In this document: positions 1 through 13,475 of the stretch, piece by piece
Layout of the letters: every line of letters starts with the position of its first letter
Numbering within the stretch: the stretch's first letter is position 1
Assembly: GCA_004431415.1 (NCBI GenBank)
Contig: QPMI01000401.1
Coordinates: 62,001 to 126,000 of the forward strand
DNA from: Cyanophora paradoxa CCMP329
Taxonomy: Eukaryota > Plantae > Glaucophyta
Length of the DNA: 64,000 nt
Direction of reading: 5' to 3'
The notes under the pieces: generated by a model
Databases searched by the model: none
The model's input: the letters and a program-made list of their open reading frames with translations, nothing else
What the model was told of the DNA's origin: nothing
Made by a program: the position numbers and the translations under genes

Positions 1-640
1 CTTTCAGGGAGCTCTCGCGAAGCTTTGCGGAGACAGCACGAGAAGCGCTGTCCTCGTCGAAGGATGTGCAGGATGTGGGCGTTGCTGCTTCAGTCGTCTT
101 CGAGCAGATCTCCCCCGCACTGCAGTCGCAGATTGCTGCTTATGCACAGTATGTGCAGCAGATCTCTGACAGAGATGTTCCACGAGGTGCGTGGCACTTT
201 CACTCGTTAAAAACTTTCAGCTGCTCACTTTCTTGTCGCAGAGCTCTTTCAAACCTGTAGGTCTTCAGCTGCATGTGCTGACATTGCCTCCTCCGGACCC
301 CGCACACGCACCCTCTCAACATCTGCATCTTCATCACCAACGAACTCGAATCCAGACTTCGCGACCATCCGCCTCCTCCTCAATTCCATCCGCAACACCG
401 AAGCCTTCCAATCGATCTCGAACCTCTTTGCTCGGTGGGCTGCATCACAGCCGAACTCGGATGCACCAGCAGATGCGTGGTGGTCGAGCCCTGGCTCAAG
501 GGAAGTGGCCACTCTTCTCTTCCTGGCCATTCCCACTAGGCTGGTCCCCAAGCCTATCCAAGATGCAGTGCGAGGGCTTCCGTCAGACCTTCAGACTGAG
601 GTCGTGAGGTTGCGATCCTCCATTTTGAATGATATCAAGG
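1..640 (+). CDS. Fragment of an intron-containing host gene, function unknown
   Basis: Open frames (..FEQISPALQSQIAAYAQYVQQISDRDVPR; GLQLHVLTLPPP..) separated by a GT..AG intron-like stretch; no recognisable domain. Confidence 0.3.
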
Positions 641-729
641 TAGCGTAGTTTGAAATTTGTGCATAGCTCTAGCAGTAGCCCTTGCTAGGTCTTTCTGAAG
701 TTTTTCTTTGCAATTTGTGTTTCATTGTG

Positions 730-1800
730 CAGTAGAAAACATCAGCTCTCGCCAACTCGCCATCTTGCACCAGCATCAACAAGCATCTTTGAAACCCTTA
801 TGTACCGACGCCGTGAGCTCAAATGAAGAGCAGTGTCGTGAAGCTTGTTTTTGACTGCAGACACGCTGACGGTTAGTGGTTACGTGGAACCTCTAAACGA
901 GGAAAAATCTCACCATTTACGTCTATGTTTGGTTGCGCCAAGAGAAGACTAACTAGTTTTTCGTTTGAAGCGAGAGAGCACGCTAAATGCAATGGCGTGC
1001 TGGAGCACCGGGTGTCAGAAGTTGGGCACAATGTGACGAGTGCAACTGCGCACTCTCCGGAATTGTTGCAAGAGGACACGAGGGATGGATCATGCTGCAG
1101 AAGCCTTGAGACGATCTCGACAACCAGATCCTGATTCTTGAGACGCCTGATAACCTAGACCGGACAGTTTCGTCAAGCAGTTCTCAGTGTGCACTGCGAT
1201 GCGTTCATACCACGTGTATGATGGTGTCACCTGCAGCAAATGCCTTGGTTTCAGAGGGAAATGAACAGGAAATTTGAAAGCGCCAGGCACCGAAGTTGTC
1301 AAACGTGTGGGGCACGAAGCTCGTTTGGGATTGGGAGTCTGCGGGGCTCGCAGGTTGATTGATCAACAGTTTCCATTCGTGCTTCTCCAAAGCCAACAAG
1401 CTCTCGTTGAGTGACGCAAGTGCCGCATTGGTGTCAAAAGCTGTGTTATTGTTAACCTTGCTGATGATTCCGTACACGTTGGACCAGAATTCTCGGCTCC
1501 TGCACGGGCATTGAGGCCAGGGCAAGTGACGTCGGCGTGAAGAACAAATCGCACAAGCGCCCGACGAGCTCGCGCTTGTGGGAGTCCATGTCGCCCTCCA
1601 GGGCGCAGCCGCAGGCGTGGCAGCGGCTCGTCTTGCTCGTAGCTATGCGCGCGCAGTGCACGGCGTGGACGACCATATTTGCAGACGGGATATCCTTGCC
1701 GCAGCTAGCGCACCGGGACACCGGCGCAGCGGAAGGAACGGCCTGCAAGTTTATGAGATGCAGGCAGCGGCGAAGAAGAAGGCACGGTCGTTGAAAGCGC
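730..1800 (-). CDS. Zn-finger plus ankyrin-repeat protein (multi-exon, approximate bounds)
   Basis: Minus-strand exons encode RCASCGKDIPSANMVVHAVHC (Zn finger), TPLHLACSLASNEKLVSLLLAQPNIDVN and DTALHLSSRRRYIRVSKMLVDAGA (ankyrin consensus). Confidence 0.65.
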
Positions 1801-2208
1801 GTACCATCCCCGCAGTGTGGACCCTGAGTGTACTGGGGTGCGCAGACGGGCGGATTGAGAAGCTGGGTGTCTTCGGGACCGCCGGGCTCGTCACACCGGC
1901 GCTTGTACGAGCGATCTAATGCATCTGTGAGCGCAGCGGAGCGCCGCCGCAGCGCTCGGAGACGCACGCTTCTGCACGCTTTTCAACACGTGCCCGATCG
2001 GACTGCTGGCCGCAGAGACGGCAGAGCCCTGCGTGCGCTGCTGTGTGCTTTGCGACGCTGGGCGGTCTCCTGAGCGCCAGCCGCGCCGGTCTTGACAAGT
2101 GACAAGCGAAGAAGACGGGTACGGTCGACTGAAGGTGTCCACCACGGCGCTAGCTATTCGGGCTTCCGGGCGCGCAGCGTTCCTGCCTTAGCTAAGCAAA
2201 GCTAAGCT

Positions 2209-4100
2209 ATGGCCGTCGCCGCACTGCGAAATGTGTGCGGCTTGATCGAGGCGGCGATCCAGGAACAGGATGGGGACGAGCTGTCGGACCTGCTCACGCT
2301 ACACCACCCGGCCAAGAAGGAGAGCCTGGGACATCTCCGCTTGCTGCAGGCGGTGCGCACGCTATGCCGTGGCTGGTGCTGTGAGCGCCCACTCGATCAG
2401 CGCAGGGCGACATCGACCGCACCTGCAAGCAGCGTCTCGGGCCCCCTTACGACGATGTCGTCGCGAACCACATCCGTTTCGTGCAGGCGATGGCGGCGGG
2501 CGACTTCCGCCAGGCCTACGACCACCAAGCCTCCACCGTCGCGTGCGACTTTCAGCGTCTCTGCGGTTTGCTCTGCAAGCGCGCTCACCTTGAGATCCGG
2601 GCGCAGCGCCTTCCACGAAGCCCTCAAGCAGGAAACGATGTGGCTTCTGTGAGTCTCGCCCCGCGCGCTGTTCGCCTTCATGAGCTAACCGCGAGACGGC
2701 AGGCCCGTGCTTCACCAGCTAAACTTCGACCTTCGATTGGTCGCGGAGAAGGTGATCAGCCAGCTCGATCGATTCTGTTCCGGCTTGCGAACGAACGCAG
2801 GCGGACCAAGAGCTCGTTGCGAGCGGGTCGAAGCCCACCAAGCTGAACGACACGCCGCGACTGTTGCAGAAGGGATTCTCGATATGCGCGACCGACCGTA
2901 ACTCCCTCGATCAGTCCAAGAAGTGGGGCGCTCTCACAGTGATCAATGCTCTCTTTAAGATCTACTTCAAGGTAACGGCAGCCAGCACCCGTGCTATCCC
3001 GCGTCCAGAACAGCGAATCTGATCTAATAGTACAGCTTAACACGCTGCGTCTGTGCAAGAACGTGATTCGCGCTGTTGATTCGCCTGGCTTCCCCGACCT
3101 TGAACGATTTCCAGTGGTGTGTTACTCTGCCAGTGTTTGCCTTCACATTCGGATTCTTATCCTCTGCAGGCTCAAAAGGTCACATACAAGTTCTTTGTGG
3201 GGCGGCTTGCGATGTTCGAGGACAACTACAGGAAGGCAAGCCGCCACTGTGGTTTCACAAGTACATTCTGAGAACTTGCCCAGGCCGAGGAGGATCTGCT
3301 GTACGCGTTCACGCACTGCCATAAAGAGAAAACCAGGAATAAGCGGTGCAGCAAAAAAATGCGATTGTTCAGTTCACTTGATTTGTGATGCCCTTGCAGG
3401 CTAATTTTGCAGTACCTAGTCCCTGTTCGGTTACTCTCTGGACACCTCCCATCGCACAGGCTACTCGAGAAGTACTCCCTTCTGCAGTACGAGGACCTTT
3501 GCCAGGCCGTCAGGACAGGGAATCTGAAGCTCTTTTCTGACACAATGACTGCGAACCATGAGCTGTATGTCAGGCAGGGCGTCTACCTGATCCTCGGTCT
3601 GCTATACTGCACGCAGCTCTGCTTCCCACAGCATGCTGACTTTCTTTACAGAAAAATGCAAGATCATTTGTTTCAGGTTCGCCGCCCCCTCCGTTTCACT
3701 TCAGAGATTTGTTTGTCTCTGATCTTCCGCTGTATTTTAAACCAGAAACCTCTTCAAGCGAGTGTAAGTGCCACATCATAAACTTGCTTTGATGCTGTGC
3801 TCATGCGCCTCCTGCAGCTACACATGCCTGGCCAACACGCGCATCACGATCAGCAAGCTGCAAGAATGCCTGCGGTGGCTGGAGGAGGACTTGGAGAGCG
3901 ACGAGGTCGAGTGCATCCTCAGTGGGCTGATCTTCCAGGTACGCTTACATTCCATTTCTTGAACAATGTTTTGACATGAAAGGCACACTCTCCAGGGAAT
4001 GATCAAGGGCTACCTCTCCCACCAGCGTGGCGTGTTAGTCCTTTCCAAGCAACAGCCGTTCCCGCCCATCCGAGCTGTTCTAGCTGCTCCAGCAAGCTAA
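2209..4100 (+). CDS. PCID2: PCI domain-containing protein 2 (PCID2/Thp1/CSN12-like), multi-exon
   Basis: Spliced motifs [105 protein letters not shown]; stop TAA 4098-4100. Confidence 0.9.
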
Positions 4101-5153
4101 TCGTTTCATTATGAGCTCTCAAATTCTATACGATAACTTTGTACAGCACGTAGTCCAGAAGGACTCGTATCAAAGCCGCGCACGAGAGACCTACTCCTAG
4201 TCCGATTGCGAGAGATCGGTCTGCTGCATCCCGGTTTTGCAGGCCGATCTGCGTGTCCGTGCCAGGATACTCTGCTCGACAGATTCCTCGGAAGCTGAAA
4301 TCGTAGCTGATCCCCTGCGCCGCGTGCTTAGGTCTAGACGCGGGCGGCGATAGATGTACTCTGGCGCACTCCGACAACGCGTGGGGAGGTGTTGCACTGG
4401 TCCGAGCCCCCGCGCAGTCGCAGCATCGCACCCGCGCAGCCCGTCTCGGTAAAGAGGTCGACTGCAGCCATCTTGTCAGATCTAGAGACACAAAGCCTAG
4501 AAGACGAACCGTCGACGTCTGCTCCGCACGCCCTGACCAAATAGGACCTGCGCAGCGCATGCGGTGAGAAGATCATTGCGTACACTGTGGCGGCGCTGCA
4601 GCCGCACTTGTAGCCGTAGATCTTCTCATTGTTACAGCGACCGTCTGCGCTGATCGTCACCGGAGCTGACACTGCAGCGAACTCGGTGCTGCGGGCGCGG
4701 TCAGCGCTCAGCGTACAACGGCATGGAGGCGTGCGCACCGCGGGGCGCATCTACAGAAAGCGCAATCATACGTCTCAACGTCCAGGATCTCGGCGCTGGC
4801 TGCTGCGGCCCACAGGAGCACCAGCGCACTGATAGCTAGCCGCGCTCTTCCAGCGCACGGCATGAGTCGGCGAGCCTGAATAGTGCTAGTGACCGAACAG
4901 ATTCTCAACTATACTGGATTGGAAGCTACGCTCTGAGAGGACCGGAGTTCGCTGTTCGACGCACTACTGGAAACTGTATCTTGGCGACTGTACCCCTCAC
5001 CAACGGGCAGTCGGCGCGCTGATCGAGTCCCCGCCCGCTCTGAAGTTCACGACGTCGCATCTAACCCCTGCAGCCCTGTGCCGACTCCAGCAACGTGCCC
5101 CGCCCTGAGCCAGAGGACCTGAGTCGCTCGGCGCCAGCGATCTAACCGCCCGC

Positions 5154-6500
5154 ATGATGCCCATGGCGACCCCGAGAGGGGTCAGTATAGATGAGCTCGG
5201 GGCGTTCGCTACGCCGCGAAAGGACCCCCCGCCGCCGCCGCCAAGGAAACGCGGCGGCTTCAAGGTTCGGCGCCGGACTGGCAGCGTCCAGCTCGCCAGG
5301 CTCCCAGGCTCACTTCGAAGCGCAGCACCGGCATCCAAAGATCTTCAAGATGATTCCTTACTCCTTGTACATAGCCTCCACATTCATGCTCATGTCCGTC
5401 CGCCACTGCCCCCGAGGGCGCGCGCCTAAGAGCCCGCTCCCGCAGCATCGCGCTCTTCACGCCGTACTGGCTATCAGGCGAGCAGAGCCGTAGCAGAGCC
5501 GCGCGCTTGGCTCGCTGAGCGATAACCGCACAACAGTTCCGTACATCTGGCGGCACATAGGACTCTTCGTGTACCAGGACCCCTCGGGCATGGGGGGCTC
5601 GTTCCACTGCATCAGAACTCAAGATTGCCTTCTAGGAATAGTTCCTGCAGCAACGACCCAGCGAATGCAGAACTTCCTGACAGGTAAAGAATTGATGGTC
5701 AGCCCTTTTTTCGAAGGCTGATGGATCCCGCCGCCAGATCTCTTCCGGAATCAGTCAGTCTTTCTCTGGGTCGGTATGCCGCTTTTCTTCTGCGTGAGAT
5801 ATATTTGAAAAATCTGATCGTGCCTGTCATCCTAAACAGTCGTTTGGCTCACGCTGCACGCCCTTGGACAGCTAGCATTCCGTAAGTACCTTAATCGTAA
5901 TGGCTCTTTGAACTGAACTTGAATGCAGTCATCATCCGCGCCTGGATCCGTTGTTGCGAGAATGTCTGCTGCGACTACATCCCCCTTAAAGCTCTCGAAA
6001 GGGAAAAGAGGTGCTGTTCATCTTTGCACTGCTTGCTTTCTCGACCCTCATGCTCTTCCTTGAATGTGCAGGGAACCTAAGGTGTGGGTCATATGGCAGT
6101 GCATCAACGGTGCCCGCCACACCCACCATTAGATGATTGCTTCTCATACCTCTGCAGGGTTATGTGCTCTTGCAATAGCAATTGCATACCGAATCAGTGT
6201 CAACAACATCGTTGACAACTATGTAAAGCTCATTCCTGGGGAGACTCTTGTGCTCTGGGTTCAGTACGGCTGGTCTCGTGCGTCTGCTTCTAATTTTCCT
6301 AACTTCCGCAAGGAATGACTGGTAGCAGAGCAACTGGTTTGGGGGGCAGGCATTGGCTTCTTCGTTTCTGCAAGTGCGTGCAGGGTTTTCAGCACTTGAC
6401 TGTCAGTGCCTCATTTATATGTCCCCAGTTGTGTTCAACGAGATCAAGGTCCCACCAAGGAGGAGCAAAGAGGCAGACGATGGTCACCAGGAGTTGGGTT
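5154..6500 (+). CDS. Probable multi-exon membrane protein, family not recognised
   Basis: Short hydrophobic exon-like segments (KMIPYSLYIASTFMLM; VFLWVGMPLFF; GLCALAIAIAYRISV) separated by short GT/GC-AG intron-like stretches. Confidence 0.35.
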
Positions 6501-6766
6501 ACATGTGAAAGTCTTGGTGTCTGCGCTGTGGCATATGAAATATGCATATTGATAGCTATAGTGTATCTGAACTGCGCGATGCACTGCGGCACACTCTCAC
6601 GACATTGGATTCATCATCAATGGCTCGCAATGAAAATTAATGACTAATATGAAGTTTTACACATGCAGAAAACGGCTATCTAGCCCTAGTAGACTAAGGA
6701 AGTAAGGGGGTTGACATGAAAAAGATCAAAGAAAGGTAGTAGTGCAGGCTTCGCCCTGCTAGCCGC

Positions 6767-8649
6767 TTACAGGAGGCCCTTGACCTTGGCAAGCTCGGCG
6801 TTCTGGATGGAGCCACCGGCAGCGCCAATGATGGTGTTGTGGCCGAACAGGACGAACTTGATGTCGAAGATCTGGCAGGGCCGGACGCGGCCGACGGTCA
6901 CAGTGAAGCCGTTGCCACGCTGAGGGGACGTCAGGGCGATTGCAAAGTACAGGAGGGTCGGAGTTTGATCGAACCATGCGGTCGAGGCGGGGCTGGGGGC
7001 GGTTGGGCTCCTCCGACACGACGATGGGGAACTCGGGCGACGAGGGAAGCTTGAGGGTCTGCGCCTCGCTCGTGTACGAGGCCATGACGGCCTTGACCTG
7101 AGCGGAGGGCGGCTGTGAGTAATTGCACGACTCGCAGACGAAGCACGTGGGCGCAGACCTGCTCCGGGGTGGCGGGGGTCTTGAGCTTGATGGAAACGCA
7201 CTCGGTGTGGCCGTCCAGGACGTGAACGCGGTTGCAGTGCGCGGCGACGGTCATGGGCGCGTCGATGAACTTGGTGCCGTCGCACTTGCCGAGGATCTTG
7301 ATCGGCTCGATCTGCATCTGTTGCGACGCGGACGCGAGCGTCAGCGCGGATGTGAGAGAGTGCCCCGGCAGCAGAAGTGCGAACCTTCTCCTCCTCGCCG
7401 CCGATGTACGGCACGACGTTGTCGAGGCTGCGGGAGGCGGCGTGCGTAAGCCGCGGCGCGCGGGCGGCGCGGAGCACTAGCGCACATGTCCATCGACGGC
7501 AGGCCGGGGTAGCCGGCGCCGGAGATGGCCTGCGGGGCGGGCACGTCGGCGGCGGCGAGTGCGGCGGCGCGGCGCGCGCGTACCTGCATGGTGAAGACGA
7601 TGAACTTCTCGATGCCGAAGTTGTCCATAATAGGCTTCAGGCCGATCGTGAGCGCAGTCGTCGAGCAGTTAGCGTTGGTGACGATGAAGCCTGCCGCGGC
7701 AGCGTCACGAATTTGATCCGCGCCGAACGCGTCGCGGCGGGCGCTGGGGCTCACCCTTGTCATAGCCGCGGTTCTTCTTCTGCTGGGCGACGATGTTAAG
7801 GTGGTCCGCGTTGATGTGCGGGATGAGGATCGGGACATCGTCGTCCATGCGGTGGTTCTTGGCATTGCTGGATGCGGCGGACGATCAGCGCCCTAGTCGA
7901 AGACGCGAGATCCCTCGCGTCGGCGCACCTGAACACGGGGATGCCAGCCTTGGCGAAGTCCTCCTCGATGGGGCCGGCGTAGTCGGCGTCGAGGCCGGAG
8001 AAAACGAGGTCGCAGCCCTGGAAGTAGTTCGGCACGCACTCCGTGACCTTAAGGGCCGCGGTATCCTTGGGGAGCAGCGAAGCCTGCTTCCAGTTCACGG
8101 CGTCGGCGTAGAGCTTGCCCGCCGAGCTGCGCGACTTGGCGTCACACGCGAATTGGCCACGGCGAGCGAGGACACAGCGAACCGCGGGGAGGCGCCGAGG
8201 AACGTCAGGTCGAACCAAGGGTGACCCTCGAGCAGCTGGACGAACTGCGGGCGCCCATAGTGAGCGAGACGCCTGGGACGCCCGCGGATCGTGCGGGGAA
8301 ACGCGGCCGCCGACCTTCTGGCCAACGGAGCCAGTGGCGCCGAGGACGCCGACCTTCAGCTTCTGTTTCGGACGTCAACAACCTTTGGCTGCCGAAAGGG
8401 CGCCGCGGCGTCCCACGTACGTCAGCGCAGAAGATGGTCCGCGTCTCGGAGGCCGCCGCCGCGAACGGACGTGCCTCCCGCGTCGCCTTCTTGGCGACGT
8501 TGCGGCCGAAGAACGAGGTGCGAATCGAGGCCTTCGCGGCGACGGACGCTGCGGGGGGGCGGTTACGCGGGCCCCGATCGCGGTGACCAGGGGCGTCGTG
8601 TACCGTCGAACGACCGGGGAGCAACGGGCTGGATGGCGACGAAAGCCAT
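6767..8649 (-). CDS. asd: Aspartate-semialdehyde dehydrogenase (fungal/archaeal HOM2-like type) with N-terminal plastid transit peptide, multi-exon
   Basis: [12 protein letters not shown] (Rossmann), [11 protein letters not shown], catalytic [49 protein letters not shown]; ATG at 8649 gives [14 protein letters not shown]...[21 protein letters not shown]. Confidence 0.92.
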
Positions 8650-9289
8650 TGTACGAACTTACTGTCGGACGGCTGCGACCTGACGCTGCGACTGCTTTCC
8701 GGCCTTCTGTACCCGGGTGATCCAAAAAAAGGGGGGGGGTGGAGAGTCATTTGGAGACAATTTGTCAGAAGAGGCGCATGCATGCGCACGTTTAATTTAA
8801 CTAGTAAATTTTGTTTGAAGTTTAATTGCTGCTGTTCCATTCGTACGTACGTTAACGTTAAACGTTAAGTTACGTTTAAGTAGCTATAGTAGATTTGCTG
8901 AATATCGGTATCGATTCGTGTCTATGTCCGGGGATCCAAATCAAATTAAATATTAATGTTAATGCTAGAGACGATCCAAATGCTAGCGCTAGCATAGAGG
9001 CTGGCGCGGCTGCAGCAGCATGCATTTATGCACATGCATATGCGGACCTTAATCTAAAGGAGAGCTCAAGTGCAGATCTCCAGGCAGGCCCTGGGACAGG
9101 CGCAAAATCGATTGTACTCTTATTGAAAACATTATGACGCACTGCTGCACTTTCATTAGCTTAGCCTAGACCTGACAGGGCTACTATTCAAGATCGATCG
9201 ATCAGCCAAACTCCAAGCCTACTGTCCAGAAATAACCTGCAGCTGGGGAAACGACTAATGCTCAGCGGCTAGCACGGCCTGCAGCACGC

Positions 9290-10710
9290 CTAGGAACCCT
9301 CCAGTGTTGCAGACGAATCTACTGGCTCTGCAGCTTGGGGCTTCGGGGTGGGCGAAGCATCCTGGGCCATCGGGGTGGGTGATGAGGACTCCAAGAAAGT
9401 AGGCACATCTGTTGCAATGGGAGTGGATGACGGAGTCTCCTGCGCTTCACCCTGCTCGGGGCTAGAGCTCGGACCACCAAATTTCTCCTGCAGCCAACAA
9501 CAGTCAACCGCAACATTCGAAAAGGCCCAGAAGACCACACTCACCATGAACTTTTGCCTTGCTTTAACGAAGCGCTCCCTGTATTCGTCGCTTGCTGGGC
9601 TCAAAGTTCCAAAATAGCCTCGAGCGGAAATCTGATGAGCATGCACAACATAATTGGCATCGGAAGGGACTCGGGGCACTTGATGCGAAGCAAATGCACA
9701 GGCGCACCGTTTTGAGATACTCGCTGAACTTCTGAGTCAGATGTCTCGGGACGGTGAGCCTCGCGGCGAACGACAACCTGTCCTGCAGCTCCTTGATCCA
9801 GGAGTTGATCTTGTCCAGAACACCAATGAGAGAGTCGGCATCCTGGAGCAGCAGCTGAGCCTTTCTCCGGGCCCGTGGAAACTCGTTCCCTGCCTCCTTC
9901 TCGCGCTGTACGATCTGGATGCGCATCGAGTCGATCTGCTTTCTGGCTGCTTGCTGGGCTGCCTTGAGGTCATTCAGCTTCTCGGGTGTGACGGCGTCCT
10001 TGCTGATCGACTCCATACGCCTCTTGCACTCAGCGAGTGCCGCCTCGAGGCTGTCGAGCTGCTTCAACAGCACGCTCTCCTTCTCCGAGCGCTTCTTCTT
10101 GGTCTTCTCATATTCTTCCTGCGAAGTCTGCGCGGCGCTTGATGTCAACCGGGGCCGCGAGTTTGAGCGCTGCTTTGGCTGATGCTGACCTTGTAGATAG
10201 CGAATCCGACGACGGCGACCGCGCCTGCGAGAGGGCAGGGTCAAACGCAGGAACGTTCTTTGCGCGCGGCGTTGGAGCGGCACGCGCAGGCTCAGGGGTT
10301 TCTACTAGCGCGATCAACCGTATATCAAGCGATACGACGAGTACGTGTCACCAGCTAGCAGGGCGGGGTGACAGCGCATTCCGATCGAACGTGGGAGGCC
10401 CGCGCGCTGCGCCTGAAGCGCTCAACAAACGAACCCGTTGCGAGTGTCAGAATTTGCTGCAGCGATGGCATCTTGCAGCGATAGCGGCAGCCCGTTGCAG
10501 CCGCGCTCGGGCGCGCGCCGGTTCGAGGCCTCCTGGGGCTTGCAAAGGGCGCGCTCCTTCTCGTCTACAGGCGACGGGGCTGCGGGAAATGGAAATAGTG
10601 TGACGAGGGCAGGCGGTGCTGAACAGGCTGGCTTTCGGTCGGGGTACAGGACTCCCGCTGATCGCAGCTTTGGCAAAGGCCCATCTCTCCTCGGCCTCGG
10701 CCTGCATCAC
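9290..10710 (-). CDS. Coiled-coil protein of unknown function, multi-exon
   Basis: Long exon with heptad-like KQLDSLEAALAECKRRMESI...RIQIVQREKE and host-like codon usage; start uncertain. Confidence 0.5.
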
Positions 10711-10949
10711 AGCTCGAAGCAGCTACGGCTCTTTCGGGGCGCATTAGGCGCTTTGTCAGCTGCAGGCGCGCGTCGTACCGTTTTCTTGGCGGCCAGCGCA
10801 TGTACAGCAGTTGGAGTCTCTTGTAATCAGTCTCTGGTGGCTTCTAGCTAGCGCCTGGACGCCGTCTGCGAGTGTAGCTAAGTCCGGACCCGCCGACCAG
10901 CCGGCTTAGCTAGCTGAGCCCCAGCTCCCTCGCGCCTCGTGGAGTGCAG

Positions 10950-13475
10950 ATGAGTCACGCGGGAAAGCCGGTTGCGTCGCCGCCAGAGGATCTGGCCGTG
11001 CAGCCGTCCGACGCCGTTCTCCCGCTCAGCGTCATACTCGCCCCGCGTTCTGCGACGCTGCCGGCGACGCGAAGGAAAGCCTCCTCGCGTCCAGGAAGCG
11101 CCTCGGAGAGCCGCCTCGCTGTCGACGTGGTGCGGGAGAAGCGGAACAGCAAGATGGCGGACCAGCTGCTGCGGGCGTCCACGCTGCTTAACATGAGCGC
11201 GAGCTCCATACACAGCGGCTACTCTGAACGCACGCGTAAGCGACCGCACCGCATCAGCACTGGCGCCGCCGCCGCTCACGGAGCGTCCGCGGCACAGGCT
11301 TGTCGGCGAAAGGGACGGACCCGAACGAGAGCCGGTCGCGCTTCGCGGACGAGGGGCGCCTGGAGGTCATAGAGCGCGTGGAGCAGCTCGCCAAGGCCCG
11401 CCCCCGCCGCCGTCTCCAGGGCCACGCCGCGCCGCGCCGCTCGCGCCCTGACAGAGGCGGGGGGGCATGCACAGAGCGCCGTGTCGGAGGCAGAGGCGCA
11501 GAGCGCGGACGCGCGAGACGCTGCGCGACGGGCGATGGATGCCTTTGAAAAGGAGCGCGACGAGCTCCTCAAGCGCGCCCAGGTGCCCCGCCCGCGGCTG
11601 CGGCCGCCCGGCGCGGCGGGGGGAACGCGGCGCTCAGGCAGGGGCGCAGGTGGCGGAGGAGAGCGCGGAGTCGCTGCGGCAGACGGTGGAGCTCATGCGC
11701 GTGAAGCTACGGGTCTCGGGCGAGCGCGAGATCATGCACGAGCGCAAGCTGAAGGTCCGCGGCCCCGGAACCGGGCCCTGTCGGATGCGCTGACGCGTAC
11801 CCCCGCCAGGCCTTCAGCGGATTCGAGCCCATTTTCAAGGCGGTGGGCCGCCGAGCCCCGCGGATCTTCTCCGTACCCCTCACTGCTTCCCTGCAGCTCT
11901 CCGAGCGACACTATTTCAAGAACGCCGCGGAAGTCATCGACAGGCTGGGTACACCATTCGAATTTGTTCCGGCTCGCCTGATCCGCAGCATTCCCCTTGA
12001 CGCTCGTTTCCCCTTCCAGAGACCCTCGAGAGCGCGCAGGCGAGCCCACGGCGCCGAGAGCGACCTGTACCCCCGGGCTCTGACGGAAGGGCGCCCAGAC
12101 GGAATCGTACACGCAGCTCCTGGACGCGCAGGAGCAAAAGGGGCAGCTGGAGCGCCAGATGGCCGCCCTCAAAGCGGGTACCCCCGGTCGACCTGTGACC
12201 TGGTACCCCCACCAAACGGGCGCAGCGCGGGAGCGGGAGCGGGACGTGCAGAGGAGCGAGGTGCTGAAGGTCTCGAGCAAGGCGGAGGCCGCCCGGCGAG
12301 ACCTCCAGGTACCCCCCATCGAATCCCCCGCCCGCCCTCCCGCGCCCCGGGGTACCGACGCGAGAGGCCCGGCAGGCCCAGCTCGAGGACGCCACCGTGC
12401 AGCTGGCCAAGGCCAGGGAGGCCTCCGACCGGGGTACGCGATTCGCGGCGGCGCGGGGAGCGCGCCGCCCCTCAGGCCGCCCGCCCGCGCAGCTCTCACG
12501 CTGCAGTCCGCGATCAACGACCTCTACCACTACTGCGCGCGGTACCCCCCGCCCTCCCCCCTCCCCGCCTCGTTCAACGTACCCCCATCAACGCCGCGGC
12601 AGGGACACGGACCTGGCGGACACGGAGGGGACGCTGGAGCAGCAGCCGAACATGAGCGACCCGCTGCAGGCGCGTGCGGGCGCCGGACCGGGGCTGGCTG
12701 GGCCCCCCGTCGGGCCCCCGGGCGCTGACGTTGGCTCTCAGGTCATATCGGCGATCGGGCACCTGCTCCGCCTCCACGCCCCCAAGGCCCGCCGCCCTCC
12801 CCTGCCCCGTTCCGCCCACGTCTCCCTCACTCTCCGCCCGCAGCGCGCCGGGCGGTCCCTTCAAGACATGTCCGCCCTCGCGAACAGTGCGCACCCCCCC
12901 CCCCCCCCCCCCCGCCTCTCCAGCTCCCCCCCGTCCTGACGAGTCGTCCCGCAGGCATCTGGATGCGGTTCTTCTCGACGGACCAGGTACCCCTCTCCCC
13001 TCTCCTCTTTCCTATCTCCGCACCGCCTTCCCCCGACGCCCCCGCGCCGGCGCGCGCCCCGGCAGTCGCTGCGGTTCAAGCCGAAGGAGATCTTCGAGCG
13101 GCTGGCTGTCGAGGTCGAGGAGCGCACCGCCGCCCTCGAGGCGAGCCAGAAGCGCTTCGCGGCGGCCAGCAAAGAGGCGCGCGGGTCCCGGGGCCCGCCC
13201 CGGGGCAAGGGGGGTGCGCCGGACGGACTAACTCGAGCCGCGCGCAGATCAAGACGCTGCGGGCCCAGCTGGAGCGCGTGCAGGTGGGTCGAGTCCCCCG
13301 CTCCCGCATCGGATCGCCCGCGGCCGACCGCCGCCGGCCGCCAGTTCGAGAAGCGGCTGGTGACGGCGGAGCTGGAGAGCCGCAAGGCCTCCAAGATCGC
13401 AGCCTGGGCCGCCCCCGCCCCCGCCCGCAAGTCCGCCGCCTCCTTCGCCGAGCAGGCGCGCCCCTCAAGCTTTAA
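10950..13475 (+). CDS. Coiled-coil protein, possibly flagellar (CCDC42/CFAP73-like), multi-exon
   Basis: Exons encode VELMRVKLRVSGEREIMHERKLK, YTQLLDAQEQKGQLERQMAALK, LTLQSAINDLYHYCAR; family assignment tentative. Confidence 0.4.
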
